64,000 bases of DNA from assembly GCF_006345805.1 (NCBI RefSeq), contig NC_043008.1, forward strand, positions 50,220,001-50,284,000, written 5' to 3'. This DNA is from Octopus sinensis. Its lineage: Eukaryota. The notes beneath the pieces were generated by a model. That model was not told where the DNA came from. It saw nothing but the letters and a program-made list of their open reading frames with translations, and ran no database searches. Positions 12,693 to 26,144 of this stretch are shown here, in pieces. The translations under genes and the position numbers were made by a program. How positions within the stretch are numbered: the first letter of the stretch is position 1; every line of letters begins with the position of its first letter.

Positions 12693-13043
12693 GGCGCAGG
12701 AGTGGCTGTGTGGTAAGTAGCTTGCTTACCAACCACATGGTTCCGGGTTCAGTCCCACTGCATGGCACCTTGGGCAAGTGTCTTCTGCTATAGCCTCAGG
12801 CTGACCAAAGCCTTGTGCGTGGATTTGTTAGATGGAAACTGAAAGAAGCCCGTCGTATGTATGTGTGTGTGTCTGTGTTTGTCCCCCCAACATCGCTTGA
12901 CAACCGATGCTGGTGTGTTAGCAGGTCGGCAAAAGAGACAGAATAAATACTAGGCTTACAAAGAATAAGTCCTGGGTCAATTTGCTTGACTAAAGGCGGT
13001 GCTCCAGCATGGCCACAGTCAAATGATTGAAACAAGTAAAAGA
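12693..13043 (+). mobile_element. Full-length tRNA-derived SINE (family A, CORE-like ccttgggcaagt segment)
   Basis: ggcgcaggagtggctgtgtggtaag (A-box-like), ggttccgggttcagtccc (B-box-like), tail tgattgaaacaagtaaaagag. Confidence 0.8.
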
Positions 13044-13370
13044 GACAAATGGCTGAATCATTGCATCAAGTTTACAACACTCTTCTCTAAGGAAATAGAA
13101 TCCCTTTTGTATTACATACATTTATATATGAAACCCTTCCACAGTGACCCTCTTGTGCATGAGGGTGATCATCTTTGTTTCACAATTAGGTTGGATGGTT
13201 TGACAGAAACTTGAGGCCTACTTTAGCAAGGTTGCTGTAGTTGGGTGCTCTTCTTCATGCCATCCACCTTACAGAGTATACTGGGTGCTTTTTGCATGGC
13301 ACCACCACTCATGGGGGGTCACCAAGTAACTCACAAAGCAAGCCCTCTAGACAGAGTAGGGGTGCAATAT

Positions 13371-13628
13371 TTAGGGATGTGGCTTTGCATTGGGTGTGGA
13401 TAGGCTAAAGTTGGAAAGAGGGACTGGAACAGGTGTCTTGCTGTGGAGGAGATATATGGCTACCGCTGCAGGAAAGAGTGAAAGGGCAGTGGAAACGAGG
13501 TATGAAGGTATGTCGTCGAGGTATAAGAAACTGGATGGAGTGAGAATAGAGGCAGAGAACTGAGGTTGGCTGGTTGGGTGAATAGGTAAATTTGTGAGAG
13601 TGTCAAAGGAGTGTGTCAGTAGAGACAA
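13371..13628 (-). mobile_element. Penelope-like RT fragment (degenerate)
   Basis: F..LTN..HP..QFS.SI...S..YLD...HSK..NFS...HP resembles the PLE RT C-terminal region. Confidence 0.45.
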
Positions 13629-13753
13629 GGATGGAAGTGAAAACAGGAAATGGTGAACATGAGTGAGAGTCTAAACTGAAATGTAAAAGAGAACAAGTAA
13701 ATAAATACAATATTCTTTTTTTGATTAATGTTTTTTCTTTCTCTTTCATCCAG

Positions 13754-13892
13754 CCTTGCACGGAAGTTTTGTTTCTGTCACTGTTCAAAAACTTCCACAG
13801 TACGTTGGCACCCGTTCTGCTTGATATGGTTCAGAATGTCCAAGGCCCATGTGGCGTCGATGATATGGCAGCAATTTTACGAAAGGATGCTG
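13754..13892 (+). CDS. IPO11: Importin-11 exon (PCTEVLF...ILRKDA)
   Basis: atccag|CCT ... GCTG|gtaata; 139 nt, phase 0/1. Confidence 0.95.
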
Positions 13893-15712
13893 GTAATAAC
13901 TGACTTCTATTTGACAGATATTTAGGGGGAAAAAAACTCAGTGATAATCTCATGAGATTTCAGTTGATCAACATAATACATACCAAGTGGTTAATACCAA
14001 TATCACACACACATTTATAATCATTATTTTAATGTCCCCCTTTTCTATGCTTGCATGGGTTACAACTGAATTTGTTGAGGCAGATTTTCTACAGTCGGGT
14101 ACCTTTCCAGTTGCCAACCCTCACCTGTTTCTAAGCAAAGTAATATTTTTCCCATGGCCAGACATGTTTCCATGGAAGATTGGAAATGAACAACACTGCT
14201 TCTATAATGATGATGCTAACTTACAACTCTCTTGCAATGTCAAGAAAAGAAGATACACATACAAGCATATTATATATGTATGTATGCATGCATGCATGTA
14301 ATAACAACAACAATTTAAACAGATTTAAAAGATATATATATATATACACATATATACAGATAAATAGATGACAAGTTTCTTTCAGTTTCTGTTTACCAAA
14401 CCCACTCACATGGCTGGCTCAGGCAATAATAGACACTCTGATGAGTGCCACACAGTGAGGCTGAACTCCCACTCCACCCCCATCCCCAAGCACCTGGTTG
14501 GGAGGTGAACTTCTTAACTATACAACCTCACTTGGGCATGACTGGTTAAAACTTCTGCTTCCTAACCACACGGTTTTAGTTTCAATCCCTCTGTGCAACT
14601 CCTTGAGTAAATGTCTTACTATAGCCCCCATCTGACTAAAGCTTTATGAGCGGAACGGAAACTGAAAGAAGCCTCTGTGTGTGTCCTTTTGCTATTACAT
14701 GGTAGTTGTAAATGAGTGTCACCATCATGTAAGTGGTGATCTTCGATTTAAATCTTCTGTAAAAACTTATTTGGTCCTGAAAGTAGGTGAGGGTTTGTGA
14801 CAGGAAGAGCACCTGGCTGTAGAAAACCTATTCCAGTGAATTCTGTGTGACCCATGCCAACATTGAAAAGTGAACTCCAAAAGAAGGATCATGATATATA
14901 TAGACACCAGTAGGATGACACCAACATTATACAAATTATATACCATCATAATATGCCCTGGTTTTAACAAGTTAGATATTTTTAAATATTTCCTCCAAAA
15001 AAGTTGCTTATATTGAAACACTTTAACATTAAGATGTTTAACCCTTTCATTACTGTATTTATTTTAAGATGCTCTTGTGTTTCTTTCAGTTACTTTAAAT
15101 ATAACACAGAATTTAGTAAAAAAAACTTAGTTATCATTCAGCTCATATTAGGAATATAAATTGTGACTAAGGTTTGATGGAAGATTTTAATTCAAAACTT
15201 ATGAAAACAAGACATTTGTAGACCAAGCCAGAGCTGGTTTCAACCAGATTAGCAAGTTCAGAGAAGAGGGTGAGTTGATTACATAACCCCAAGAGGATGA
15301 AAGGCAGCATTTGAACTCGGAGCATAAAGCAAAAATACCACTAAACTTTTTTTTACTGGTGTGCTTAGAATTCTGCCACAAAACAGTTACCTCTTTCGAT
15401 ACCAATCTCCCTGGAACTACTCATTGTTCTATTGAAGCAAACTTCCTTGTTTTAAAGGGATCAAAATGAAAGCCTTACATTAAAATTTCATATTAATTTA
15501 TGTTCCAAACAACAGCTTAATGATGACAGTTAATTTACAAAGTTCTTCAGTATTTTCAAAATTAAATGAAATAATATATTTTAACAAATATACTTTCACA
15601 AGGGTTAATAACAACAGATATTCTATAAACCCTTAACTGAACAGCAAAGCCAACATTTTAAATGTTTTATTTTTGTTTGTTATTATTATTATTATATTAT
15701 ATTCTATTCCAG

Positions 15713-15818
15713 TGTACAACGCAGTAGGATTGGCATCCTTTGACCTTTTTGATGACATAGATTTTGACCAGTGGTTCACTAGCCATTTAATACCTGAACT
15801 ACAGAACAAACATACAAA
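15713..15818 (+). CDS. IPO11: Importin-11 exon (VYNAVGLASFDLFDDIDFDQWF...)
   Basis: ttccag|TG ... AA|gtaagt; 106 nt; matches VYNAVGLAAYELFDSVDFDQWF. Confidence 0.95.
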
Positions 15819-16394
15819 GTAAGTTAGTGATGTGATCTATTTTGACCAGTGTTTTCACAAACTCACTTAATACAGGAGCTACAGAACAAACCAGTTAAGA
15901 ATAGGCATCATGACATTCAATCCCTTAATTTATCTCTCATACTCTTCTGTATTGGCAAAATTAACTAAACAACCACTAGGTATGTTTACTATGTAAATGG
16001 CTGATATTTGAAAAAAATCAATTTTGTTTCACAATGAAGAGCAAAACAAGACCATCACCACAGAGGAGCTCCCAAGGGCAGCCAGTCATAAATTTCTCTG
16101 TCATGGCCACATAAAAAGCACCTGTACTGGTACTACATATAGACTCCCTGTGCCAGTACCACATAAAAAGCACCTAGTACAAGTGGTTGGCATTAGAAAG
16201 GGCATCCAGCCATGGACACCATGCTAGAACAGACAACTGGGGCCTGGTACTGCCCTCTGGCTTGTCAGCTCCTGTCAAACTGTCTCATCCATACCAGCAT
16301 GGTTAAACAGACATTAAATGATGATGGTTATTCTTATAATATCTTTGTTAATATTGGTTCTGTTGATTGGGATGTTTCTCGATGTCTTTTGCAG

Positions 16395-16558
16395 TTACCG
16401 AATTATACGTCGTCGTGTGATATGGTTGGTGAGCCAGTGGGTTGGTGTAAAGTTGTCGGTCTCGTTGAGAGCAACCCTGTATGAAACTATACTTCCATTA
16501 TTGCAAGAGAAAGAGGATTTGGTCGTACGACTTGAAGCTGCAAACACACTCAGGACTG
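16395..16558 (+). CDS. IPO11: Importin-11 exon (YRIIRRRVIWLVSQWV...EAANTLRT), followed by an AT-AC intron
   Basis: ttgcag|T ... ACTG|atatcctttt; 164 nt; homology ends at the ATATCCTT donor. Confidence 0.93.
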
Positions 16559-16748
16559 ATATCCTTTTGTCACACTCACAGTCTATGTTGTTACATTTAT
16601 TTCAGTTTTAGGGGCTTTTTTTTTTTTTTGGTCCTTAGCTCAAATCTCTCTTCTTTATAGACAGATATAAAATACACAACTGGTCAGAGTAGTTGGACTT
16701 TGGTGTTGGCCCTAATTGGTTGTTCTACCCAGTAGAACTGTTTCGGTT

Positions 16749-16795
<47 letters not shown>

Positions 16796-17427
16796 AAAGT
16801 AAGATAGGGGTTATGGGTGTAACCCACTATGGGATATCATTTATCCAATATACTGTTGGTAAAGTACCCAAATTCTTAATACATAAATGTTTTTAATTGC
16901 AATGCAGTTAATTCATTTATTGTATTAAACGGGTGAAGGTAAAGAAATATTTTTACTGTAAATTCATAATACAAATAAGAAAATGGAGAAACAAATTCAT
17001 CTCGTTCATATATATATATATATATTATTTTTTGTTGTTTTTCGTGCCTGTTTTTTTTTTAATCAGTGTAAACCCCATCACTTTGTGATGAGTAATACCT
17101 CCTCATCCATCACCCATATGTATGTATTTATATGTGTGCGTATGTGCATATATATGCATTTGTGTGTGTGCATGCATGTACATGTATCAATGTGTGTGTG
17201 TGTGTGTGTATACATGTATATTTGCATATGTATATATAACTGGAATTTATATTCAAAAGCAATGATAATGAAATTAAATATTTAATTGTAATCCTAATTA
17301 GTAAGTAATATTTTGTCATTAGCTTCTGAAATTAAGTGAAAAGTTTTATTAATGTTTTAATTCTTCACTTCAATGTTTTTGTTGGTTTTATTTGAAATCA
17401 GTTTCATTTTCCTTAACCTCTCTGTAC
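16559..17427 (+). other. IPO11: U12-type (minor spliceosome) AT-AC intron of IPO11
   Basis: 5'ss ATATCCTTTT; branch site TTTTCCTTAAC at 17407-17417; terminal AC at 17426-17427; the join gives in-frame LRT-A-VDDFEF. Confidence 0.92.
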
Positions 17428-17468
17428 CTGTAGATGACTTTGAATTTAATACTGAGCAGTTTTTGCCA
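17428..17468 (+). CDS. IPO11: Importin-11 short exon (AVDDFEFNTEQFLP)
   Basis: tctgtac|CT ... CCA|gtaagt; 41 nt; matches TVDDFEFRTDQFLP. Confidence 0.92.
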
Positions 17469-17604
17469 GTAAGTATATTTTTGATTAAATTTTGACGATT
17501 CATCATTTAGGTCCCAACCCTTCTGTTGCTGTCCCTCTTTATGATATTAACCCTGTTGTGTTTTGCAAGACATGGCAAATACCTCTTATAATCATACCGC
17601 CTTC

Positions 17605-18030
17605 ATTCTTCCTTTTAGGCATCGTGTCCAGAGTGAAGGTCATCAGCAATCATGTCCTGCCACAATTCTCTGTTCTTTGTTTTCTGTAACAGCCCCACTT
17701 CCTGATATTTAATGCCTCTTTCTTCCAACCTGTTCATCAAACTTGACATCCACCTCATCCTCCTCCTTCCTCTGCTTCTTTTCCCTTCAATTCTTTCCAC
17801 TCATCACTAAATTCTCAGACCTTCTTCACTCATCACATGACCAATAAATCTCAAGAGTTTGGTCTTTATCTTATGAAGCAGTTTCCTGTTTAACTCAGCC
17901 CAGATCATCATTTCTTCATTAGACACTTTGTCCATGCTATCCTCAGTATTCTCCTTAAGAACCACATTTCACAGCACTCCAAGCACTTTTCTCATTTCTG
18001 GTGTTATAAACCATGCCTCACTTCCATACT
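17605..18030 (-). mobile_element. RTE/BovB-like LINE 3' fragment inside an IPO11 intron
   Basis: YGSEAW...EMWFLRRILRI.W..SNEE...FIGHVM...IEGKRSRGRRRMRW. Confidence 0.85.
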
Positions 18031-19337
18031 AGCTTTAAAATCTGGGAGGGCTACATTGGATTATGTAGCCCTTCAAATCCCTAAAAAATGAAATAAGATG
18101 ATCAGGGTTAGAACACATTTGATCATCATTGTATTGACTAGACAATCAGATATTGCTATATACCACTGGTCACAATGCAGTTCCTTGCATTGTTGTCGCT
18201 TTTGAATGCCACCCCAGTGGCGAGGCATGTCAGCCAGCATTCCTTCTGAACTAGATGCCAGTTCATCTCAAGGTTACCAATTTGCAGCTGAGCAGACTGA
18301 AACAATAGGTAATGAAATGCGCTGCCAGTCTAGAAATCGAAACCACAATCTTGTGATTGTGAGTGCAACCCCCTAACCACAAGGCTGCATGCCTTCAACA
18401 TATTTGACCATAGACATGCTCAATCAAAGCAGACTTCTGTTTAAACTACAACAAAAACCCTAAGAGATGATTTTAGAAGTGGCATTCCCCAATTTTTTTG
18501 GTTTTTTTCTATATCGTGATTAAGTCTTGATAAACGTTTGTCCTGCGGATGTTTGGCAGTCATTAATATAACATATTGCTTTCTCCATCTTTCCATAATG
18601 CTTGCAGCTCATGGTTTTGTTTGACAAAATTTTATTTCTCTGTACATCTGGTATTAAATGTCTGGTGAACTTCTCGTTCAAATAGGACTTAGTAGTAACT
18701 TGAGATTTTATCATATAGTATCGAGGGATACGTTAACCAGCCTATTTGAAACATTTATAAGAAACAAGTAAAACAAAGATTTGGCTGCTATATCTAGCAT
18801 GTTGACTGACAGTGTAGAGCAGTCATGGGCCAACTGCAATCCACAGGACTTTCTGAATGGTATGCCCAAATAAAAAGTTACCTTAAATCACTGGTAAATA
18901 ATAATATATTAGGAGATACCAACCAGTCATTTCCCAAAACTCTGTTATAACACTTCCTGGCATGTTTTCCAGCCAGTTATATTTACCATTAGTTTTTGGT
19001 AAGCAATGACAGACACAAAAGGGATTCTACTTATTGTGGCTGGAAGCTGTGTGTTCTGTATTTAAGAAGATAATTTTCTTCTATTTTTCTTCCTGTTGCA
19101 ACAAGAGACCATATCCTAAATTTATGAGGTATTTCAACTCTGATTGATAGTTCCATAATTTTTTGATTCTAACACAGTTTGCATATAAGAAATTGTTCAT
19201 TACATATATATTAAAAATGTTTTGTTAATAAACATTGTTGATCATAATTAAATTCTTTCTCTGATTAATTATGTTGAATGTTATAACACAACTACAATAA
19301 TTAACTAATTATCTCTTCGTTTGCTTTCTCCTTCCAG

Positions 19338-19403
19338 TATTTAAGTCCCTCCTTCAGTCTTCTCTTCCAACTGCTGAGAGAGATAAAGGAATGTGATACT
19401 AAG
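19338..19403 (+). CDS. IPO11: Importin-11 exon (YLSPSFSLLFQLLREIKECDTK)
   Basis: ttccag|TAT ... AAG|gtgagt; 66 nt. Confidence 0.93.
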
Positions 19404-21463
19404 GTGAGTTTGGATATTTCTTATCAAGGAATATTTTATACAGTAGATGGACAATTCATTGAGAAACAATTAGCCGACAGACAACTTAAAGGTGGGACAG
19501 TTGACCATTTAGACAATTTGTGGTTCTATCAATAATATAGGCATAACCTTTGTACAGAACCCTTCTGCCTCCCGATTCCGTTTTGATGAACTCCATGATC
19601 AATACTTCCGCAGCATGTTGACTTATTGAGCAATCAGTGAATTGTCTGCACATGATTTTACACATATTATGTTATTTCGTGCCATTAACAAGTTTTTCAT
19701 AAATGTTGTCCCATTTAGTTATCATTTAACATCCTTGCTCCAAGGTTTGGAAGTGTTTGACAGGATCCAAGGACTGCATTGTGCTCCAGTGTCTGCTTTG
19801 GTATAGTTTCTACAGCAGGATATCCTTTCTTGACCACATTATAGAGTGTACTGGGGATTTTTTTTTTTTTTCTTTTTGTCCCGTTAGCATTAGTGAGGTC
19901 GCCATGCAGCCTACAAGGCTTAAAATTCCACTTTCTTAACCAAGTGGAGCTACAGTAGAGAAAGAGGCATCTCTGTGCTAGGACATAGGGGGCTAAGGTA
20001 TGAAAAATGGTCCCTGCATCTTGCAAGACTACAAACCCCATGAGGTTGGGAGGAAGCTTAAAGTATGAGAGAAGTGAGCAGTGCCAGTTTCTCTGCTTTG
20101 GAGGAGCCACATGGCTATTCACGTTTCAAAGAAAGGAGCAAACATGGTCAGGTGGAGCTGGAAAGAGATAACAGTGTAGAAACTAAATAGATCTCCATCA
20201 GATTCAGTGATGAGTACTCAGTTGTTTGATCAGCCAAACTACCTGCTCATTGACTTTGCTTGTAAACCAGCTGAGTATTCCACAGACATTTGTACTCTTA
20301 ACGTAATCCTCAAGCAGAATAAACCTTATAAACAATAAACACAGAGTGGAAAAACTGGATCTTGAATTACAGATGCTACTCTTCTGATGAGTTTCTATCC
20401 ACTTCTGAAAACCCAGTTTTGCTCACAAGGCTTGGTAAATGGCAACTGGAAGAAAGCCATGTTGTGAGATCAAACTCAGAACCTTGTGATTGCAAAGCAA
20501 GCTTCAAGCTTCCTAACCACTTGAATATACTGTAGACAATATATATATATATATATATAGTATTAATAAAATAGATGGAAAAAAAAGATTTAGTACGACA
20601 CTTTTTGACCCGTTCTGGGTTTCTTCAGGTACATAAATCATCATCGTTTAACGTCCGTTCTCCATGCTAGCATGGGTTGGACGGTTTGACCGGGGATCTG
20701 GGAAGCCAGGAGGCTACACCAGGCTTCAGTCTTATCTGGCAATGTTTCTACAGCTGGATGCCCTTCCTAACGCCAACCACTCCGTGAGTGTAGTGGGTGC
20801 TTTTTACGTGCCACCTGCACAGGTGCCAGGCGAGGCTGGCAACGGCCACGGTCGGATTGGTGCATTTTACGTGCCACCGGCACAGAAGCCAGTCGAGGCG
20901 GCACTGGCATCGGCCACAATTCGGATGGTGCTTTTTACATGCCACTGGCATGAAAATAAAAAGTCTCACTAGAGATTTGATTTTCCATCTATTTTATCAA
21001 TATTGTTACCTCAACCACCTCTATGAAGTTTCTGCAATCTACGGATAACAAGTAATCGAAACTGTGCTGGTGCTTTACTCATCAACCACTTAGACATTTT
21101 GTACAATTTCTCCATTTTATATATATATATATCTTAACAAATTCACTGGCTTTTGTGCCTTTGAAGATCTATGGAATAAGATATCTCTTAATTGAAAAGA
21201 TTTGGCAACAGTAAGTGTAGTGCTAGTCATCAGTAATATACTCACCTGACCTTTGCTGGCATTGATGAATAAATATGAAAATGAACGGCTGCTTTATTTT
21301 AAGTGACTCTCATGACTCTAACATGAGCTAATTGTCTTTCAGCCAAAGGTCTTAGACTCAAAACATTTGACAAACCATTACCACTTTGAAATTCTTTAAA
21401 ATAACTTTGTGATTGATTTCTTGTTTATTGCTAATATTGTTAATTTGAAATTTTATTTTCCAG

Positions 21464-21622
21464 ATGCATGTTCTTTATGTGATATCGTTTGTTATTGAGC
21501 GTGTTGGCGCCCAGATCCGTCCATATGCTGACCAGCTTATACTTTATTTACCACTTCTCTGGGATTCCGATCATAATATGTTACGATGTGCAATCCTTAC
21601 AACTCTAATCCGCTTAGTTAAG
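21464..21622 (+). CDS. IPO11: Importin-11 exon (MHVLYVISFVIERV...HNMLRCAILTTLIRLVK)
   Basis: ttccag|ATG ... AAG|gtaatt; 159 nt. Confidence 0.95.
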
Positions 21623-22203
21623 GTAATTATCACCTTTTTAATTGAAATGGATATTAGCTTGTGTGCGTGTGTGTGAGAAAGAGAGACTGGCCAAATCCAT
21701 ACAAAAGTTGTGTGTTTGTATGTGCTACATAGCAATTCTGCTAGCTCCCAGGCAGCAGCAAGTTGGCAGAACCGTTTGCACGTCTGGCAAAAGGTTTAGC
21801 AGAATTTTTTATGGCACTTTACATTCTGAGTTCAAATTTTACTCAGTTCAGCATTGACTTTCGTTCTTTCAGGGTTGATTAAATAAAGTACCCTTCAAGA
21901 ACTGGGTCAATGTAATCAAGATACCCATCTTCCGTGAAATTGCTGGCCTTGTGCCAAAATTTGAAAGCAAAGACAATGAGCTGGCAGAATTGTTACCAGT
22001 TCAGTCGAAATGTTTAGTTACATTTCTGCCAGCTCTTTACATTCTGAGTTCAAATACTGCCAACATCAACTTTGCCTTAAGTCCTTTCAGAGTACAAAAA
22101 AAACCCAAAAAAACTGAGTACCAGTCAAGAAATTGCTTGGCCTTGTAGAAAATTTTGAAACAGTTATTGAAGAGAAGTCTCTGTGTTTTGTCTTTCTTTT
22201 CAG

Positions 22204-22396
22204 GGTCTCGGCACCAGCTGCAACACGCTGTATGATTTCCTGATTCCTGTGATTCGCCTTAGTACCGATGTCACCCAACAGTTCCATGTCTACTTGAAGG
22301 AAGATGGACTTGATCTTTGGCTAGAAACTTTACATAATTCACCAGTTATGACTCCAGGACTGCTGGACTTGTTCACTGCAATGCCAGCAATACTGG
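22204..22396 (+). CDS. IPO11: Importin-11 exon (GLGTSCNTLYDFLIPVIRLSTDV...HVYLKEDGLDLWL...)
   Basis: tttcag|GGT ... CTGG|gtaagt; 193 nt. Confidence 0.95.
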
Positions 22397-24218
22397 GTAA
22401 GTACATCATATTGGTCTGATTGCATTCATCATCATCATCGTTTAACGTCCGCTTTCTATGCTAGCATTGGTTGAACGATTTGACTGAGGACTGGCGAACC
22501 AGAGGGCTGCACCAGGCTCCAATTTTGATCTGGCAGTTTCTACAGCTGGATGCCCTTCCTAACGCCAACCACTCTGAGTGTAGTGGGTGCTTTTACATGC
22601 CACCGGCACGAAGGCCAAGTCAGGCTGTACTGGCAACGGCCACAAAAAAAATTGTTTTTTTTTTTTTTTTTTTTTTTTTTTTCACGTGTCACTTGCACAC
22701 CGGCACAAGTGCCAGTAAGGCGACACTGGGAATGATCACGCTCGAATGGTGCTTTTTACATGCCACTGGCACGAACGCCAGTTAGCCACTCTGGCAACGA
22801 TCACACTCGGATGGTGCTCTTAGTGCTCCACTAGCACGGATGCATTATTTATTTAAAAAGTCTGAATTAATAAAGTTGTTAAGAAATTTTTTCTGAACTT
22901 CTCAGAAGATGTTTTTTCTTTAAAAGAATCGGACAAAACAGTAAATTGGCAGAACTGTTGTTGACTGGACAAAAGATTTCATAAGATCTAGTTTTAGATC
23001 ATCAAAGACTTGTGAGTAAATTTAGTGGATAGAAAACAGAACGAAGCCCATCTTATGGGTGTAATGTGAGTGTTTGTGTCTCCTTGTCTTGACATTGCTT
23101 CATAGTTGTAAATGATTGTTATTGTCGTACAAGCAATATTCTGTGTCAATATGTCTGGTCAAGGGGGAAATATTCTCTTGCTTGGAAACAGATGAGGTTT
23201 GGTGATAGGAAGGGCATCCAGCCTTAGAAACTATGCCTTGATAAACTCCATCTGGCCCATGCAAGAATGGTAAAGTGAATGTTAAAATGTTGGTGTTGAT
23301 CACTGTCATTTAACATCCATATTTCATGCTGGCATGGGTTGAATGGTTTGATAGGATCTCGTGGACCCAAGGACTCTTGTTCCAGTTTCTGCTTTGGTCT
23401 GTTTTCTATAGCTGGATGCCCTTCCTAACATCAACTGCTTTTGAGCATGTAAGGATGTTTATATGTTGTAAAGCAGTTGTCATTAAGAAAGGCTGTTCAA
23501 ATTCCTGAAAGGATCGTTAAGTACTGGGTTATTGCTATTGAACTTCTAATCAGGTATAACCCTCTACCTGGTTGATTGATCTACTAGAGATAGCAGCCAA
23601 ATCTCTTATCTTTCTTTACCATCTTAAAAGGCAGGACAGACATATTAAACCGTTGAAAATGTGTCTCAACACATTTAGTCTGACTCATGCAAGCATGGGG
23701 AAAATGGTTATTAATTGTTGATGAGGATTCTCTCCAAAATTCTACTGACTTTGCCAAATTGGCAGATTGCTGCCTTTTACTAAAGAATAGGATCCGAAAG
23801 CATTTTAATATTGGAAAATGAAATTTTATTGTTGTATTTAGGAATGGTCATTTTGCCAGTTTAGCCAATAAAAACACACACACTATATATTTGGTGTTAC
23901 TTTGCTTCAGTGTTATTTATTTTTTACATTAATCTTAATCTTATTTCGGCCAGAGTTCTTTCGTCACACTCCTGTGACCGCATCAGTGGTCCTTTGCTTT
24001 CTTCTTTCTTATTTGTGTGTCTCTCCTTACTAACCGTCAGCCATTTTGTATTTCTATTGTATGTGTCTTCCTTTGCGCATGCTTATATCTCTGTGTGCTA
24101 AACTGGCAAAATGACCATTCCGAAATACAACATCTGTTTCAACACACGATTTCACCTAAAAAATCTTGCACAACAAATATTTAAACGTAAAAATGAAATT
24201 TTGTTTTAACTTTTGCAG

Positions 24219-24298
24219 AGTTTGGAAATGAGGACCTGAAAGTGTGTCTTAAGATAGTTGAAGCTTATGTAGTTCTAGGACAAAAAGAATTTATGCAG
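24219..24298 (+). CDS. IPO11: Importin-11 exon (EFGNEDLKVCLKIVEAYVVLGQKEFMQ)
   Basis: ttgcag|AG ... CAG|gtatgt; 80 nt. Confidence 0.9.
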
Positions 24299-25429
24299 GT
24301 ATGTTTGCTATTTCTTCCTGTCTTTCTTTTGTGCTGTTCTCAAATTAAATGTCGTCATCATCATTTTCTATGTTAGCATGGGCTGAACTGCTTGGCAGGA
24401 TCAGGCACAAAGCCACCTCTTTCAGTATTCCCCCACCCCATTAAAAGATTTTTGTCTTGCCAGTTACATGGGGACCTCGCCTGTGCTGGTGCCACATAAA
24501 AAGCATCCAGTCCACTCTGTAAAGTGGTTGGCATTAGGAAGGGCACTCGGCTATTGAAAATCATGCCAAAACGGACCTTGCCAGTGTTGGTGCCACATCA
24601 AAAGCACCCAATACAATCTGTGAAGTGGTTGGCATTAGGAAGGGCAACAAACCATAAAAACCTTGCCAAAGCAATGGAGCTCAGTACAGTCCTCTGACTT
24701 GCCAGCTCCTGTCAAACCATTCGACCCATGCCCCAGCGTGGAAGTCTGACGTTAAATGAGCTCCAGTGCCAGCATTGGCATGTTTTTTGTGGTTGGATGC
24801 CCTTCCTAATGTCAACCACCTTACAGTATGCACAGGCTGCTCTTTTTCATACTACCAACACCAGTGAGATCACCATGTAAGTTGCAAGACAGGAAAGAAC
24901 CGAAAAAGAAGGGCTCAGCTCCACTGACTAAGGGGAGTAGTTAAATGCTAGGTACTAAGAGGCTAAAATATGACAGAGGAACAAGAACAGGCCTCTTGCA
25001 TTAGAGGAGATACACAAGTCTAGGGTGAAGATGCCCATCAGTCATGAATGACCATGGGATTGCACCTAGAGAGTTCCCCTACAAGACACAAATCTGGGCA
25101 AGGTTTTTTAGGGAAGACCAGCAGTCACCCATGCATACCAGCCTCCCTTCTCCATACCACTGATGTTATCCAAAGGGAAGGCAAAGGGCCATTCCAGCTT
25201 GGCACCAGTGGCTTCACAATTCATTTCTACGGTTGAGTGAACTGGAGCAATGGGAAATAAAGTGTCTGGTTACCCCGCATTATAAAGGTAAGCCGTAGTA
25301 ATTTGGAAGGTGATGGTAATTGTGAAAGGGGCTGTTTATTTGATTAATACATGAAAGGATAATTTCATTATTCCTCCTGACAACACCACCAAGACTCATA
25401 ATAATAATAATATTCATTTTGATTTTCAG

Positions 25430-25510
25430 AGATTTTCCCAGGACATTGTGATGTCATTTTCCAGTCTGATAACAGATATCAGAACCGATGGAATCTTGCT
25501 GATATTAAAG
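25430..25510 (+). CDS. IPO11: Importin-11 exon (RFSQDIVMSFSSLITDIRTDGILLILK)
   Basis: tttcag|AGA ... AAG|gtatct; 81 nt. Confidence 0.87.
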
Positions 25511-26144
25511 GTATCTTTTATCTTCTACTTGTTTACTTGTTTCAGTCATTGGACTGCGGTCATGCTGGGGCACCAATTTCATGGGGATAGTTGAAAAAAA
25601 TTTAACTGCAACACTTTTTTTTTTTTTTTTTTTTTGTAAAAACCTTGTACTTCATAAGTCTCCTTTAGCAAAGCCAGTAGGCTACAGAAACACAAACAAA
25701 CCCACACCAGTTGTGGGGAACAAACACAATCATACACACACGTACATATATGTGTGTGTGTGTTGGGGTGAAAGAGTCAGAAGTTTGCCATTACCTTCTG
25801 CTGGAGCCGCATGGAACTTAAGTGTTTCACTCATAAACCCACACATTACCCGGTCTGAGATTCAAACCTGCAATCCCTCGACCGCAGGTCCTCTGCTCTA
25901 ACCACTAAGCCATGTATTCCATGTATATTCTTGCTTAACCCTCTGAATTTCCTGTTTGCAAGGCCTCCATGTTCTACCTTCTTCCTAAGATCATCCATTG
26001 ATGGCAGATCATAAAAGCATGCAATTTTTAGTTGACCAAACAAACATGCAGACTCTCTCTTGCCCTGTATTTTCTATTTGTAAGTTTTGTGACAGGTTAA
26101 AGGTCTCTCTCTCTTTCTCTCATATTTTGTTTTTCTTTAAACAG

